From the human T2T-CHM13v2.0 reference genome, Homo sapiens, in assembly GCF_009914755.1 (NCBI RefSeq), contig NC_060926.1: a stretch of 64,000 nt of DNA. One strand, given 5' to 3'. This document shows positions 15,988 through 33,184 of the stretch, piece by piece. The notes beneath the pieces were generated by a model. That model was given only the letters and a program-made list of their open reading frames with translations, had not been told where the DNA came from and ran no database searches. The translations under genes were made by a program, and so were the position numbers. Numbering within the stretch: position 1 is the stretch's first letter; the number at the start of each line of letters is the position of its first letter.

Positions 15988-17803
15988 ACCATGGACACTA
16001 TAAAGCATCTACACAATCAAATCTATATAACAATTAGCTTAACAACACAATGATAGAACCAAATCCACATATGACAATATTAACCTTGAATGTAAATTAT
16101 CCAACTTGCCATTGTGTGCCCCACTTAAAAGGCACAGAAGAGCAGGTTGGATAAAGAAGTCCCAACTGTATGCTGTCTTCAAGAGACCCATCTCACATGC
16201 ATTGACACCCATAGGCCCAAAGTAAAGGGATAGAGAAAAATCTACCAAGCAAACAGAAAACAAAAAAGAGGAGGGGTTGCTATTCTAATGCTAGACAAAA
16301 CAGACTTTAAGCCAACAAAGATCAGAAAACACAAAGAAGGGCATTACATAATGGTAAGGGGTTCAATTCAATAAGAAGGCTTAGCTATCCTAAATAATAT
16401 GCACCCAACACTGGAGCACCCAGATTCATAAAACAAGTTCTTAGGGACCTACAAAGAGATAACTATGCAATAATAATTGGAGCCTTCAACACCCCACTGA
16501 CAATATTAGACAGATCATCCAGGCAGAAAACTAATAAAGATATTCAGAACCTAAACTTGTCACTTGACTAAATGGACCTAACAGACATCTACAGAACACT
16601 GTGACCAACAACAGAATGTACATTATTTTCATCTGCACATGGTACATACTCCAAAATCAACCACATGCTCAGTCATAACACAATTCTCAAAAAATTCAAT
16701 ATAACTGAAATCATACTAACTATACCTTCAGACCACAGCACAATAAAAACAGAAATCAATACTAAGACCATCTCTCAAAACCATGTTGGAAATTAACCTG
16801 CTCCTGAATGACTTTTGGGTAAACAAATAAGGCAGAAATCAAGAAACTCTTTGAAACAAATGAAAACAAAAATACAACATACCAGAATCTCTGGGACACA
16901 GCTAAAGCAGTATTAAGAGGACAGCTTGTAACACCAAGTGCCCACATTAAAAAGTTAGAAAGGTCTCAAATTAACAACGTTATACCACACCTAGAGGAAC
17001 TAGGGAATCAAGAACAAACCAACCGAAAGCTAGCAGAAGATGACAAATCTTCAGCCAAAATCAGAGCTGAAGTCTATGAAATCGAGGCTTGAAAAACAGT
17101 ACAAAAAAATTAATGAACCCAAAAGTTGGTTTTTTGAAAGAATAAATAAGATTGACAGACTGCTCGTTAGGCTAGTAAAAGAGAAGATTCAAATAAATAC
17201 CAGAAATGACAAAGGAGACATTACCACCAACCCCATAGAAATAGGAAAAACATTCAGAGACTATTACAAATCCCTCTATGCACAGAAAACCTACAAGATA
17301 TGAGTAAATTACTGGAAACACAACCTCCCAAGACTGAACCAGGAAGAAATTGAAACCCTGAACAGACCAATAATAAGGTCTGAAATTGAATCAGTAATAA
17401 AAAGCCTACCAAACAGAAAAAGCCTTGGACTAGACAGATTCATGGCTGAATTCTACCAGACATATAAAGAAGAGCTGATAACCAATCCTACTGAAACTTT
17501 CCAAAAAAAATAAGATGAGGGACTCCTCTCTAACGCATTCTGTGAGACCAACATCCTTCTGATACCAAAACTTGGCAAAGACACAACAAAAAAGGAAAAC
17601 TTCAGGTCAGTATCCTCTGATGAATGTAGATGCAAAAATCTTTAACAAAATACTAGAAAACTAAACCCAGCAGCACATCAAAATGCTAACCCACCATGAT
17701 CAAGGAGGTTTCATTCCTGGGATGTAAGGTTGGTTCAAAATATGTAAATCAGTAAATGTGATCCATCACATAAACAGAACTAAAGACAAAAACTACATGT
17801 TTA

Positions 17804-18124
<321 letters not shown>

Positions 18125-18620
18125 TTATCTGAGTAAATGCAGAAAAAGCTATCAATAAAATTTAACATCCCTTCATGTTAAAAACCCTTAACAAACTAGG
18201 TATTAAAGGAACATACCTCAAAATAATAAGAGCCGTCTATGACAGTTCTGCAGTTAACACCATACTGAATGGGCAAAAGCTGGAAGTATTCCCCTTGAGG
18301 ACCAGAACAAAACAAGGATGCCCACTGTCACCACTCCTATTCAACATAGTACTGGAAGTCCTAGCCAGAGCATTCACACAAGAGAAAGAAATAGAAACAA
18401 TCCAAATAGGAAGAGAAGTCAATCACTTTTCCTAAATGACATGATCTTGTATTGAGAAAACCTCATAGTTGCTGCTCCAAAGCTCCTAGATCCAATAAAA
18501 AGCTTCAGTAAGGTTTCAGGATACAAAATTTCTGTACAAAAATCCATAACATTTCTATACAACTACAAGTCTATATAACATTCAAGCTGAAAGCCAAATT
18601 AAGAACACAGTCCTATTCAC

Positions 18621-18624
<4 letters not shown>

Positions 18625-18668
<44 letters not shown>

Positions 18669-18703
18669 ACAGAGAGAGAGAGAGAGGGAGAGAGGGAGAG
18701 AGA
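18625..18703. repeat. Compound (AC)n(AG)n microsatellite
   Basis: Direct reading. Confidence 0.97.
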
Positions 18704-20477
18704 GCCTATGAATACAGCTAACCGGGGAGGAGAAAGATCTCTATAATGAGAATTACAAAACACTGTTGAAAGAAATCAGAGATGACACAAACAAGTAGAA
18801 AAACATTATATGCTCATGGATCGGAAAAATCAATATTAAAATGGCCTTATTGCCTAAAGCAATTTGCAGATTCAATGCTATTTCTATCAAAATTACCAAT
18901 GAATTTTTCACAAAATTAGAAAAAAAAAACTATTCCAAAATTCATATGGAAAAACAACAACAACAACAAATAGCCTGGATAGCCAATGCAATCCTAAGCA
19001 AAGAGAACAAAGCTTGAGGCATCACACTATCTGACTTTAGACTATACTAGAAGGGTACAGTAATCAAAACAGCATGGTACTGGTAGACGCACAGACCAAT
19101 GGAACAGTTAAGAGAACTCAGAAATAAAGCCACACAACTACGACCATCTGATCTTTGAGAAAGTTGACAAAAACAAGCAATGGGGAAAGGATTCATTATT
19201 CAACAAGTGGTGCCAGGTTAACTGGATAGCCATGTAAAGAAGATTGAAACTGGACCCCTTCCTTTCACCACATACAAAAATTAACTCAAGATGCATTAAA
19301 GACTTAAATGTAAAACCTAAAACTATAAAATTATAACCCTAGAAGAAAGCCTAGGAAATACCATTATGTGATATTGGCCCTGATGAAGATTTCATGACAA
19401 AAACTCCAGTAGCAATTGTGAAAAAAAAAAAAAGAAAATTGATAAATGAGACCTAATCAAACTAAGAGCTTCTGCACAGCAAAAAAGAAAGAAACAAAAA
19501 ACAAAAAACAAAAACTCTTGCCAGAGTAAACAGACAATCTACAGAATTGGAGAAAATATTTTCCAACTACATATCTGAGAAAGGTCTAATATCCAAAATC
19601 CATAGGTAACTTAAATTAACAAGCAAAAAACAACCGACCAACCCCATTAAACAATGAGCAAAGAACATGAAAAGACACTTCTCAAAAGAATACATACATG
19701 TGGCCATCGAGTATATGAGAAAAAATGCTCAACATCAGTAATCTTTTGAGAGATGCACATCAAAACCACAATGAGATACTGTCTCATACCAGGCAGAATG
19801 GCTATCATTAAAAAGTCAAAAAATAACAGTTGCTGGTGAGGTTGCAGAGAAAAGGGAATACTTATACACTGCTGGTGGGAATGTAAAATAGTTCAGCCAC
19901 TATGGAAAACAGTTTGGAGATTGTTCCCAAAGAATTTAAAACAGATCTACCATTGCATCCAGCAATCCCATTACTAGGTATATACCAAGTATATACCCAA
20001 ACATACTAGGTATGTTTATCACAGCACTATTCACAATAGAAAACACACTTGATCAACCTACATTGCCCATCAGCAGTAGACCAAATAATGAAAATGTGGT
20101 ATATATATATATACACCATGGAATACTACGCAGCCATAAAAAAGAACAAAATCATGTTCTTTGCAGCACATGGATGGAGCTGGAGGCCATTATCCTAAAC
20201 AAGTTAACTCAGGAACGGAAAACCAAATACTGCATGTTGTCACTTATAAGTAGGAGCTAAACATTAAGTACACATGGACACAAAGAAGGGAACAATAGAC
20301 ACTGGGGCCTACTTGTGGGTGGAGGGTGGGAGGAGGGTGAGGATCAAAAAAATCTACTTACTGGATACTGTGTTTTTTACTTGGGTGATGAAATAATCTA
20401 TACACCAGTCCCCCATGACACACAATTTACTCATGTAACAAACCCACACATGTACGTCCTGAACCTGTAATACAAGT

Positions 20478-20582
20478 TGGAAAGGAAAAACGGAAAAAAA
20501 AAAAAAAAAAAAAAGAAGGAAAGGAAAGGGAAAGGAAGGGGAAGGAGAAGGGGAAGGGGAAGGAAAAAGGAAGGAAAGGAAA
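20478..20582 (+). repeat. Polypurine A/GA-rich tract (L1 tail)
   Basis: About 100 nt of nearly pure A/G. Confidence 0.9.
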
Positions 20583-21650
20583 CTCTAAAGCAGCTAGGCA
20601 TAAGAGACAGCTTTATACAAATATAAAGGAAGAAATCTAAATCATCCTTTGACAAATGAACTGGCAAGATTAAGTCTCAGTCCAGTTAAATGTTTTGTTG
20701 GAGAATTTCAATTTTGTCACTTTGATTTATGTCAAGGTATAATTTTGGCTTGTCACTCTTTTTTAGAAATTTTAATACGTGATGACTACATGGAAAGGTA
20801 AAACACCTTTGGAATAAAACCTAAAGCTATTAAACGATTCCATTGTAAATAATATGGTGTCTTCTGTGTGTTGGTCTTAGCAAATTTTTTTAGGTAAATA
20901 ACTTTTGCCTATCTAGTCATGGGTGTGCTTTTACCGCTATATTAGGTTATTTAATTCTCATAGCTGGTAATGTTAAAAATGAGATTAACTTGATCTCAGA
21001 GGGATAAAGGAAAGATTACAAGTCCCCCACCTCCTGCCAGTAGAGAAAGGATTGGAACCTAGCATTTTCATTAATTGTATGATTTTGGAACCATACTCTA
21101 CTCGGGTACCTGGGCTTCTATTTTTCTCAAGGACATTGAAGTTCAGTAGTTTCTTTTGAGTAGACAAGTTTTAATTTCATTCTGTGGCTTTTGTTAAATG
21201 CCAGACTTCTGAAATAGTTCATTTTATTTGTTTGCCTGTATTTTTATTGTTTTAGAGGGAGAGTTTGTTCACTGAGTTCCTCATTCAGCCATTCCATAAG
21301 TCAATCTCCAAGTGTTTGTTTTTATATCACGTGTTTTTTTCCCCCAATGACTTAAATTCTGTCTTGCTGGGTTGTGCTAGAGAAAGAGGGAAAAATGCTA
21401 AATGGAAAGAGCAGATGGTAGAAATATAAGGCAAAAGGAGATGGCCAATTCCAATATCCATAAGAGTAAAAATAAACAGTGACTGGGACACTAGCCAGAA
21501 TCAAGAAACTTTAGGTCCCTTATCCATTCTGACCATAAAGAATACCTAAACCTATCACTTGTTTCTCTGATTCTCTAGTCCCTCATTGCCTACTTCCTAT
21601 ACCATTCCTCTTTATTCCATCAGGAGTTTGGAGCTAATTAAGAATTCCTA

Positions 21651-22270
<620 letters not shown>

Positions 22271-22577
22271 TCATGCTATCTCTAGAGAGAGGTATTTCTG
22301 GTTCCAGGTTGGAACTCTAAATACGTTTTTCCATAGAACTTATATGGTGATTAAGTTTTCTTATAGCTTGAAAGTATGTGATAGCTATGTGAATAGCTAT
22401 TTTTACATTATTTTGAAGGTAATGTTTCATTGCAGATACATTGTGGAATAAATGATGTTTATGGGAAAGACTGAGAAGTTTAGCACCATGCTTCTCTTGG
22501 AAAATGCCTCATTATGCTCAGACATAGACATTAGAGACACAGTCATATCCACAGTAACCTTTTGCTGATCTGGAAGT

Positions 22578-22619
22578 TAGTTTGGATAAGACACCTGGTA
22601 GTTTGGATAAGATACCTGG
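22578..22619. repeat. 21-bp tandem duplication
   Basis: tagtttggataaga(c/t)acctgg twice, one mismatch. Confidence 0.95.
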
Positions 22620-22755
22620 TGAAACCCAACTGAAAAATTAATGCTAAAAAAGACTAGCCGTCTATAGTCCCAGCTACTCATATTGAGGCTGGAAGATTGC
22701 TTGAGCCCAGAGATTGAGATCCCATCTCTTAAAATAATAGTATTAATAGACTGCT

Positions 22756-23057
22756 AGCCAGGCACAGTGGCTGATGCCTGTCATACCAGCAGTTTGGGAG
22801 GCCGAGGCAGGAGGATTGCTTGAGCCTAGGAATTAGAGACCAGCTTGGGCAATATAGTGAGACCCTGTCTCTACAAAAAAATTAAAATAAAAACGTTAGC
22901 TGCGCATCATGGCTCACGCCTGTATTCCCAGTTACTTGGGAGATTAAGGTGGGAGGATCACTTGAGCCTGGGAGGTAGAGGCTGAAGTGAGCCGTGATGC
23001 GTCACTGCACTCCAGCCGGTATGGCAGAGTGAAACACTGTCACCTAATAACAAAAAA
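22756..23057 (+). mobile_element. AluJ, preceded by an Alu monomer remnant at 22655-22735
   Basis: Diverged dimer; TSD taatagactgct. Confidence 0.9.
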
Positions 23058-26009
23058 TATTAATAATAGACTGCTGATACATTATTAAGTAAAAAAAGTG
23101 CATAACAGAATATAGTGTGTATTAAAAATGTTATTCATTTCTGTGTGTATAAAAAATGTTATTCACATGTATATGCCTATGCACATAGACATATGGTCAC
23201 ATACATTTCCAAAGGAATCACAAGTAATAGTGATTACATCTGAGAAGAAAGGTCTTGGTAAGATGGAGGTATGCCGAACATTGAGGAAGGCATTTCTTTT
23301 CATGTTTTAACTTCCTATATTGTTTGAATTTTCAAACCTTATACATGTACTTTTGTTTTTGTTTGTTATGCTAATAGAGGTGAGTAATGAGATCACTTAT
23401 CTGTTTTTTGTTGCCTTCTGTATATGATATGTACAAGATAACATTTTCTTAAAATTTACCCTCAGAGGAAGTCACTCTTAGGCTTGACCAGTGTTATCAA
23501 ATTGTGTGGGCCCCGTGGGGTTTTATCAGGTGGCTTAGTGTTCTGCACTGGGGACCAGGTATGGACGCTTGGCAGGAAGGCTCCGGACCCCCTTTTCCAT
23601 TTCTACTGTGCAAATCCATGCTCATTCATTTTATATATTTGAGTTCATTTAAGATTTCATTTGAAAAAATGTAGACTATTGCCAAACCAAAAGGAAGGAA
23701 ATCACCAACTACACAATTATGTGTGAGATAAGGCAGTAGATTATCATCAGTGATATGCTGACAATAATTAAAAAATGATAAATGGAAGCCAAGAATGCAG
23801 TTGGAAAGTAGTACAGGACTTACTCATCACAGGAATATGCCTGTATATCTAAGTAGTTCCTGAAGACTTTGCAGCATCAAAGCTTGGTAAAATAATTGAC
23901 ATTTTGATATGAAAGGGTCTTACTACATTTAGTATACGATATTCTATTTAAGGAAGCAGGAAAATGTGTTTTACATCAAAACATTTCTGTTAAAATTATT
24001 AAAGAGTTTTTGATGCTTAAAAAGATCAGCATCTGGGCCAATTGGTTTTATTATTTGTAAATTGAAAAGGACAAAATAATTTAATTAAACCTTTTGGATA
24101 AAAAACGGCTCAAATTATAGTTGAATAATAAAAAATTACACAACAATTATTTGTATATCAAAATGCTGAACTACACTCAATGACAACTGACTGCGGAGGT
24201 GGCAAAGTGTTCACTGTCATAAAATGACAACTCAGCCAGATGATTGATTTCTCCACCTATTGCCTGAAACTTATTTTTAAGAAAATTCATGAAAAAGCAC
24301 CAAGACTAGAATTTAAACAAAGTGATAATAAATGTATACTTATGTTGCAAAATAAAATTCAAACTGCCCCACAGGCAGCTGTGAGCCCCTCAGTATCATA
24401 AATCCACATAAACTCTACACTTCAGACCATTGATTTCCGTGTTTGTAAAATAAGAAAACCACAATATTTTTAAAAAAACAGCTTAAGAAAAAAGATCAAT
24501 GTTTAGAGAAGTAAACTGACATTAAACATGTAACCATCCAGTAAAATAAGTTAGTTCCAATGATGGCTGACCACCTTTTACTGACTATGAATATAAATTA
24601 ATGAATATGCAAACTACTAGATAAAATTCATGCACTTAATACAACATGCAATTTAAGTTATTAGAAAAAATTCAGGAATATAAATGAAATTGTTCCCAGA
24701 TACATCTGCTAAAGTATGTTATTAAATACTATATGACCTAGTTCCATAAAAATCATAATATAAACAGCCAATTACTGACAATAAAAAATTAAAATAAATT
24801 AAACTTACAGTTCTCTGATTGCATAGAAAAGAGCCCCACCGTACATTCCATGATGAAATGAGTCTGGTCAAGTAGAGAAGGGCCCCCTCAAAGATCTTGA
24901 TTGGCAGAGCTCCAGTGATTGACAGCAATGCTACTGTCTACTTACTCCCTCTCTGAAAATGGAAACCCTATCTGTATCTTATGGCTCAGCTAAATAACTG
25001 AAGTCTTCACTCATATTGTTGCTTCTTTCTAGAAAGTTCTAAGCAAGACTGAGGGTTTTCACTTGGATGTTTTCAGACTTGAGTAGACTACAGAAACTGT
25101 GGAAAGCTCAGGGTAAACTCAAAGTAACTCACAGCAGTCTTACTTATTGCTCCTAGGAGCAAATTCAAACCACAAAGCAAGCACCCTTTTCAGCTTTTCA
25201 CCTTATATAATGGCTTCCTTCCAGAAAGTTCTTTACCTCAATTTCTGTCTGTGTAAAACTGTGCAGAATGGTGTCTCAGGGCCATTCCTGCTGAAAAACA
25301 GTAAACACACAATCAATGTGTTAATTTCCTATCATATGTAAATTGAAAATGTCAAACCTTTCAAGGAAAATTATAAAAAGGATGAGAATCAAATGTAATT
25401 TAGTAAAATAATAAACACACAGTTTTTAAAAGAAAATTTAAAATGCCAAGGTTCAATGACAGCTAGGAAATACAAAAGGTAATCTTACTTTACCTGTAAA
25501 TTTTTTACTTACTGTCATACCCTGTTCCTCAATACTACTGAATAAATGGTATGCTCCTATATATATTAGCTGTTCTATTGGTTAGTATTTTTTTTTTTGT
25601 AATGAGTAATAGAAACAAGACATGTATTTGAATTTTCTTGCTTAAACAGAAAGGATAAAGTTACAAAGACTTAAAGATATTTTGCCAAACCCTAGGCAAA
25701 GAATACAAGCTTGGCTTCAGGAACAACTGGGAATCAGCCTCAGTGTATCTGCTTCTCTCTCTGGAATACCTTCAATCTGCTTTTACCTTTTTAATGATGA
25801 TTTAGTTAGGCAAAACAGTTTATGTTCTGGAATTTCCTACCTCCCCTGTACAAAGCTACCCTTCCTTCAGTGTGTCTGACTTTAGCTAATGGCTAAGAAC
25901 AAATTACACTGACTCAACTACCTTTTTAAAATATATATATGTTGACCCTATCACAATTGTTAATTTAAAAAATATTTTTAATAAAATGAGTCTCTGTTTA
26001 ATGGAATTT

Positions 26010-26415
26010 TAGTTGGAATTAGGATTTTCTGTGGGCAATAGAAAGCCTCACATGTCAGCTTAGATTAAAAGATAAATTTATTTCTGTCTTTAAAAATATT
26101 GAAGGTCCAGTGCTGATACAGTAGTCTCACAGTCATCAGGGATCCTATTATAGTAATATAATAGTAATCTATAATAGATCTATAATAGATTACTATTCTA
26201 CCATTTTCAGCCTAGGCTTATACTTCATGGCCCAACATTGTCCCCATTCTAGTCAACAAGAAGGAAGGGACAAAAATAGCCACGCCAACCTCCACCTAGG
26301 GAGGCTAGAAAATGTATCATTTTTCTGGGCAGTTGTGTTACAGCTGAAAATCAAGAGTTCTATTACTAAAGAAGGGTAGAATGGATATTAGGGGTCAGTT
26401 AGCAGGCTGTGCCCT
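26010..26415 (-). mobile_element. Old ERVL-class LTR (LTR33-like)
   Basis: gggaggctagaaaatgta...gttctattactaaagaaggg...aatggatattaggggtc resembles the reverse of an LTR33-type start. Confidence 0.5.
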
Positions 26416-26530
26416 AATACTTATTTAAAATGTGAATGTAAATGTAAATGAGCCTAAATCTTGGTGTCTCTCTTATGAGAAAACCTGATTACTTGCAAGA
26501 GTCTTTTTAAAATAACATTTAAACCAATTA

Positions 26531-26803
26531 AGCCAAGCACGGTGGCTCATTCCTGTGATCCCAGCACTCTAAGAGGCTGAGGTGGGAGATTCGCTTGAGC
26601 CCAGGAGTTCAAGACCAGCCTGGGCAATATAGTGAGATAGGTCTCCACAAAAAAAAAAAAAAAAAATAGCCAGTCTGGGTGCCACACACCTGTAGTCCCA
26701 GCTACTCAGGAGACTAAGGTGGGAGGATTGCTTGAGCCCAGGAGCGGAGGTCGTGGTGAGCCACTGCACTCCGGCCTTAGAGATGCAGCAAGATCCCATC
26801 AAA
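26531..26803 (+). mobile_element. AluJ with a right-arm deletion, followed by short (TAGC)/(GATA) repeats
   Basis: Diverged dimer. Confidence 0.9.
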
Positions 26804-27119
26804 TAATTGATAGATTGATACCTAGCTAGCTAGCTAGATAGATGATAGCAAATTTTGAGGGAAGATCAGAATATTTTACAATTGACCATAAAGAAGTTTA
26901 GGTACATTACAATGCAAAAACACAAAAAAACCCAGGCTGTCGAAGTTGAATAGTTTTTTTCTTCAAGGTCATTGCTCTACATTCATATTATGATGTCTGG
27001 AAAGACATGTTAATTTTCAGAACATAGAATTACTGGTGAGGAAGTTGAAAAACATTCCTTTTTTCCCTCCTATAGCACATATGGTATCATTTCTAAAACA
27101 TATTTGGATGTGTGCACTT

Positions 27120-27293
27120 CATGGCCTGGACTAGGGTGAGGCAAGAGAAATTTATAAGACACAAAATTTAAGGAGGCACATTGTCTTAGGTTGGAACAAG
27201 TGTGAGCTCTGCATCTGCACCACCCTAAAAGTGAATGGCTCCTGAAATCTTGCACTCTGTGCATCCCCTTGACTCACACTAGTCCCAGCCATG
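27120..27293. mobile_element. Palindromic hAT-Tip100 MITE (MER96/MER91-like)
   Basis: TIRs catggcctggactagggtgag / ctcacactagtcccagccatg, internal self-complementarity, and an imperfect 8-bp TSD gtgcac(tt/ag). Confidence 0.8.
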
Positions 27294-27977
27294 GTGCACA
27301 GATGGGGCAAATCTGACAGAGAAATGTGCAGCAGCAGTAACTCACTTACAGGCCCTTGTAAACTCAAAGAACCAGTAACGCTAGCATCAAGAATACCCCT
27401 AAAAGTTTGCCTCTTGATTTTTCTCACTGTGTTCAATGGGAAAGATAAAAATGCTAAATTTTTCTTTTTAACCCTGATTAGAATGCTTGCCTTTTAAAAC
27501 AAAATTTGTAAAGTTTGATTTAGAAAGTTTGCTCATTTATATCAGTATATCGTGAAGTAACTGAATTAAAGTGCCTGTCACAGTTTTCTGAGAATTGAAT
27601 TACCATTTTTCTTTATGAAGACAAAAATGCCTCCACATGGGAAAACAACCTGAATAAAGTAAATAACTTATTTGTGTACTTTAACAATAAAGAATGGCTC
27701 ACAAATTTGGCTTATTTGCCAAATGCTTTATAAAGACTGAGCAGTTAGTAACAAATGGCAAATGGAGTGCTATTGCTGTATATTGGCAGGGCTACTTTAG
27801 GGCATATTACTGATGATAAATGTGAAGGAAGCACTGGTTAGCTCACCTTTACTACATGAAAAAGGAAGGGGATTTTATCTGGAGTATTTGAATAGATTCA
27901 CACAAACTATGACAGAAGTCTTCCAAACTGTCTGTACTGATAAACTTCACTTTAGGAAAAACAAACAAAAAATGCAC

Positions 27978-29870
<1,893 letters not shown>

Positions 29871-29971
29871 AAGCATGTTTTCAACAAATTTCAGAGGTTG
29901 AATTTATGTTGTCTGCCTATAGTGTAATTAATCTATAAGTCAATAACAAAACAGTAATTATAAGAAGCCTG

Positions 29972-30247
29972 GGCTGGGCACGGCGGCTCACGCCTGTAAT
30001 CCAGCACTTTGGGAGGCTGAGGCAGGTAGATCACAAGATCAGGAGTCTGACACCAGCCTGGCCAACATGGTGAAACCCCGTCTTTACTAAAAATACAAAA
30101 ATTTGCTGGGCATGGAGGCACGCACCTGTAATCCCAGCTACTCGGGAGGCTGAGGCAGGAGAATCACTTGACCCGGGAGGCGGAGGTTGCAGTGAGCTGA
30201 GATCACGCCATTGCACTCCAGCCTGGGCGACAAAAAAAAAAAAAAAA
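29972..30247 (+). mobile_element. Alu (AluSg-like), 3' end clipped before the tail
   Basis: Dimer ending gggcgac followed by poly-A. Confidence 0.93.
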
Positions 30248-32833
30248 GTCTCTATATTTAAAATTAATATATATTTCAAGTAACCTATGACTCAAGAAGA
30301 AATTATAACAGAATATAAACTGTAAATTCACTGAAAAGTTTTAGTTTTACTACTTGACATGTTGACAAAGAAGATATTACAGTCAACTTGAACTCCTGTA
30401 ATCATTTCTATGAGGGCTTTATGTTTTACTTAAACTTTTTGTTTGGCACTGTTTTTTGATATAAGTCCCAACTTGAAAGGCTTGAAGAGCAAGCCTTTCG
30501 TGTTTGAACTTGGAGAAGAGTCTCAAAAGCAATCATAGCACAATTGAGTTAATGGAGCAACTGGATATTGTAAAATACCTTAATATTCCTTTTACTGTCT
30601 GTATCCATGACATTTAAGCAAGAGTTTTGGACATACTTTTATTGTTAATAGATATTCTTTAACTGGCTTATATACAGAGAGTCAGACTACTGTGGGACAT
30701 GTAAACGCTTCAATACCTAGATTAAAAGTTGTAATCTAAGGATTAATATATATATTATATATTGGCTCCATTAGCGCTATTATCATTAAAGGTGTGTTAG
30801 CATCCTCTTCGCAGACTTGCATATAGCGAGGCCGTTTCACTAGGTTTTAAGTTTATGGCTTAGGAAACTTTTAATTTTTTTTTTAAACTTCCAATAATTA
30901 GCATTCAGCAGAGTGCTGCAGAAAGAAGACTTTTAAAGCTGGATAAACCTCTCTAATAATGATCTTATTGAAAAGCAAAGCCAGTAATTGAAAATACATT
31001 GTGACTAAATTAATAATTCTTTGGGAATGTAAACTTATAAAGTATGTGACTTTAACTGGTAAGTTTTGTAGTATTACTGTATAGTAAAATATGTTTCTAG
31101 TGCTAAATTCCAGTTTGGGACCATTCTTATACCTAAAATGCCTTGTGAATTCAAGAGAATTTTTTATGCGCATTTACATCATAATTGTTTATCTGCATTT
31201 ACATCACAATTTCCAAATTCTTAGAGATTAATAGTGTGACGTAACCATTTGGATAAAGATACTGAAGCTATTTTTCCACCACCACCACGTGTTATTGAAA
31301 CGAAATTGTTTAGTGTTTTTCTGTGTAACTCTTCTTAAATGCCTTTTTAGATTATACTGTAGCTAGGTGGGTGTTTTTTGGTTTTTAGTTTTTTGTGAAG
31401 ACCATTCACATATAACTTCTTGTGGTAAATCTTCACAAGGAAGCAAAACAGAAAAGGTTCATTTAATTGATTAGCATAAATAACAGGTTTTCTTTTTTAT
31501 TTTAATCAAAAAACAATTTATTCTTTAATGTTTTCACAGCTTCAGTTATTAAGTAGAGGTTGTCATTTGGCTTGACTTTAATGAACTAAATATATATGTA
31601 ATGTGCACTTATGATTTTCATACAGATGTGAAAAAATTTGATCATGTGTTATTCTTATTATATATTTCTTTAAAACTTGCTAATACTTTTAATTCTACGT
31701 AGCAAAACTTTACCTTATACAGCAGATGTTATCCTCATTGCAGCCCATGCTATTCTCACAAATTTATAATTGACTAAAAATATTTTAGTATAAAAATTAT
31801 TTATTTGCTCCCTCCCACCCTCAATAGTGTTTCCAATAGAGCTCCTCTAATTTTTTGGAAAGAAAAAATTACTCCAAAATATTTACTTAATACAATTTAA
31901 TATATCACATCCAAATCATTACCAATTCCATATTAATTATATTTGAAGCATGAGACTTCAGAGTACACATAAACCAAAGTAATTACTAGTATTCCTTTTA
32001 ATTTCAAAAATATGAACTCAAACATATGTGTACTTCATTATTTCTATGAGCAACAGCCTTCACTTTGATAAACATTAGCAATAAAAAGATAGTAATGAAC
32101 ATTTCCAAAAGATATTTTTCAAAAGAAATATTATTTTTATCTGAATTTGAAATTAAGCTTTTACTTACTCTGAAGGAGGCATCCAAGTAGTGTTACCCTA
32201 ATTCCTAAAATGTCAAGAAGAAGGCAAAGATAAATGAACAATATATGGCTTGCCAAATGCTTTTTAAAAAGTTGAGTATACATACACATATTATATAGTT
32301 CAAAACAACATTTTCTTTGTGTCATAAGTAAACTTTCTATCATATATCATTAGTAACCTGAGTATTTTTATTATAAAAAATACTCTCATGCGCGATCGTT
32401 CTCATAACTTTTTTTTAAACGGTGTGAGATGTTAAAGTGCTGTAAAGTAGAATCTGAAATCTCTTCAAGAGTTAATCTCATTTGGCAGTGGGTTAGTAAC
32501 ACCAGTCAGGTGGAATGCTACACCAGTTCAGTAGTGCTCATTACTACTCTTAACACTGCTTTGAACATCAAGTAAAAATAAATTATTTATCTTACTAAAA
32601 TAAGATTACTTTAGAATTTGCCAAGACAAGGGGAAATATATTCCTAAGAAATGTTTATTAATGATAATGTTAACTGATTTTGTTTAGGTGAGAAATAAAC
32701 TAATTCAAAAATGAATGAAGCAGAAAAATATTGATCACTATATAAGTTTTCCTCATCCAAGAAATGTGGCTTTCAGGTTTGGAGGTGGGTATAGGTGGCG
32801 AGGTAGTATCCTCTAAACACTTAAGATGTATTA

Positions 32834-33170
<337 letters not shown>

Positions 33171-33184
33171 TCATGTGCTGCTTC

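Noticed and set aside
22578-22619. Direct repeats as a CRISPR-like array (also the 36712 and 62350 repeats)
   Set aside because: They are head-to-tail duplications without unique spacers, there are no cas genes, and the context is eukaryotic.
23700-25500. Possible processed-pseudogene 3'UTR or DNA-transposon internal sequence
   Set aside because: I could not identify a frame, poly-A, TSD or TIR; left unassigned pending BLAT/Dfam.
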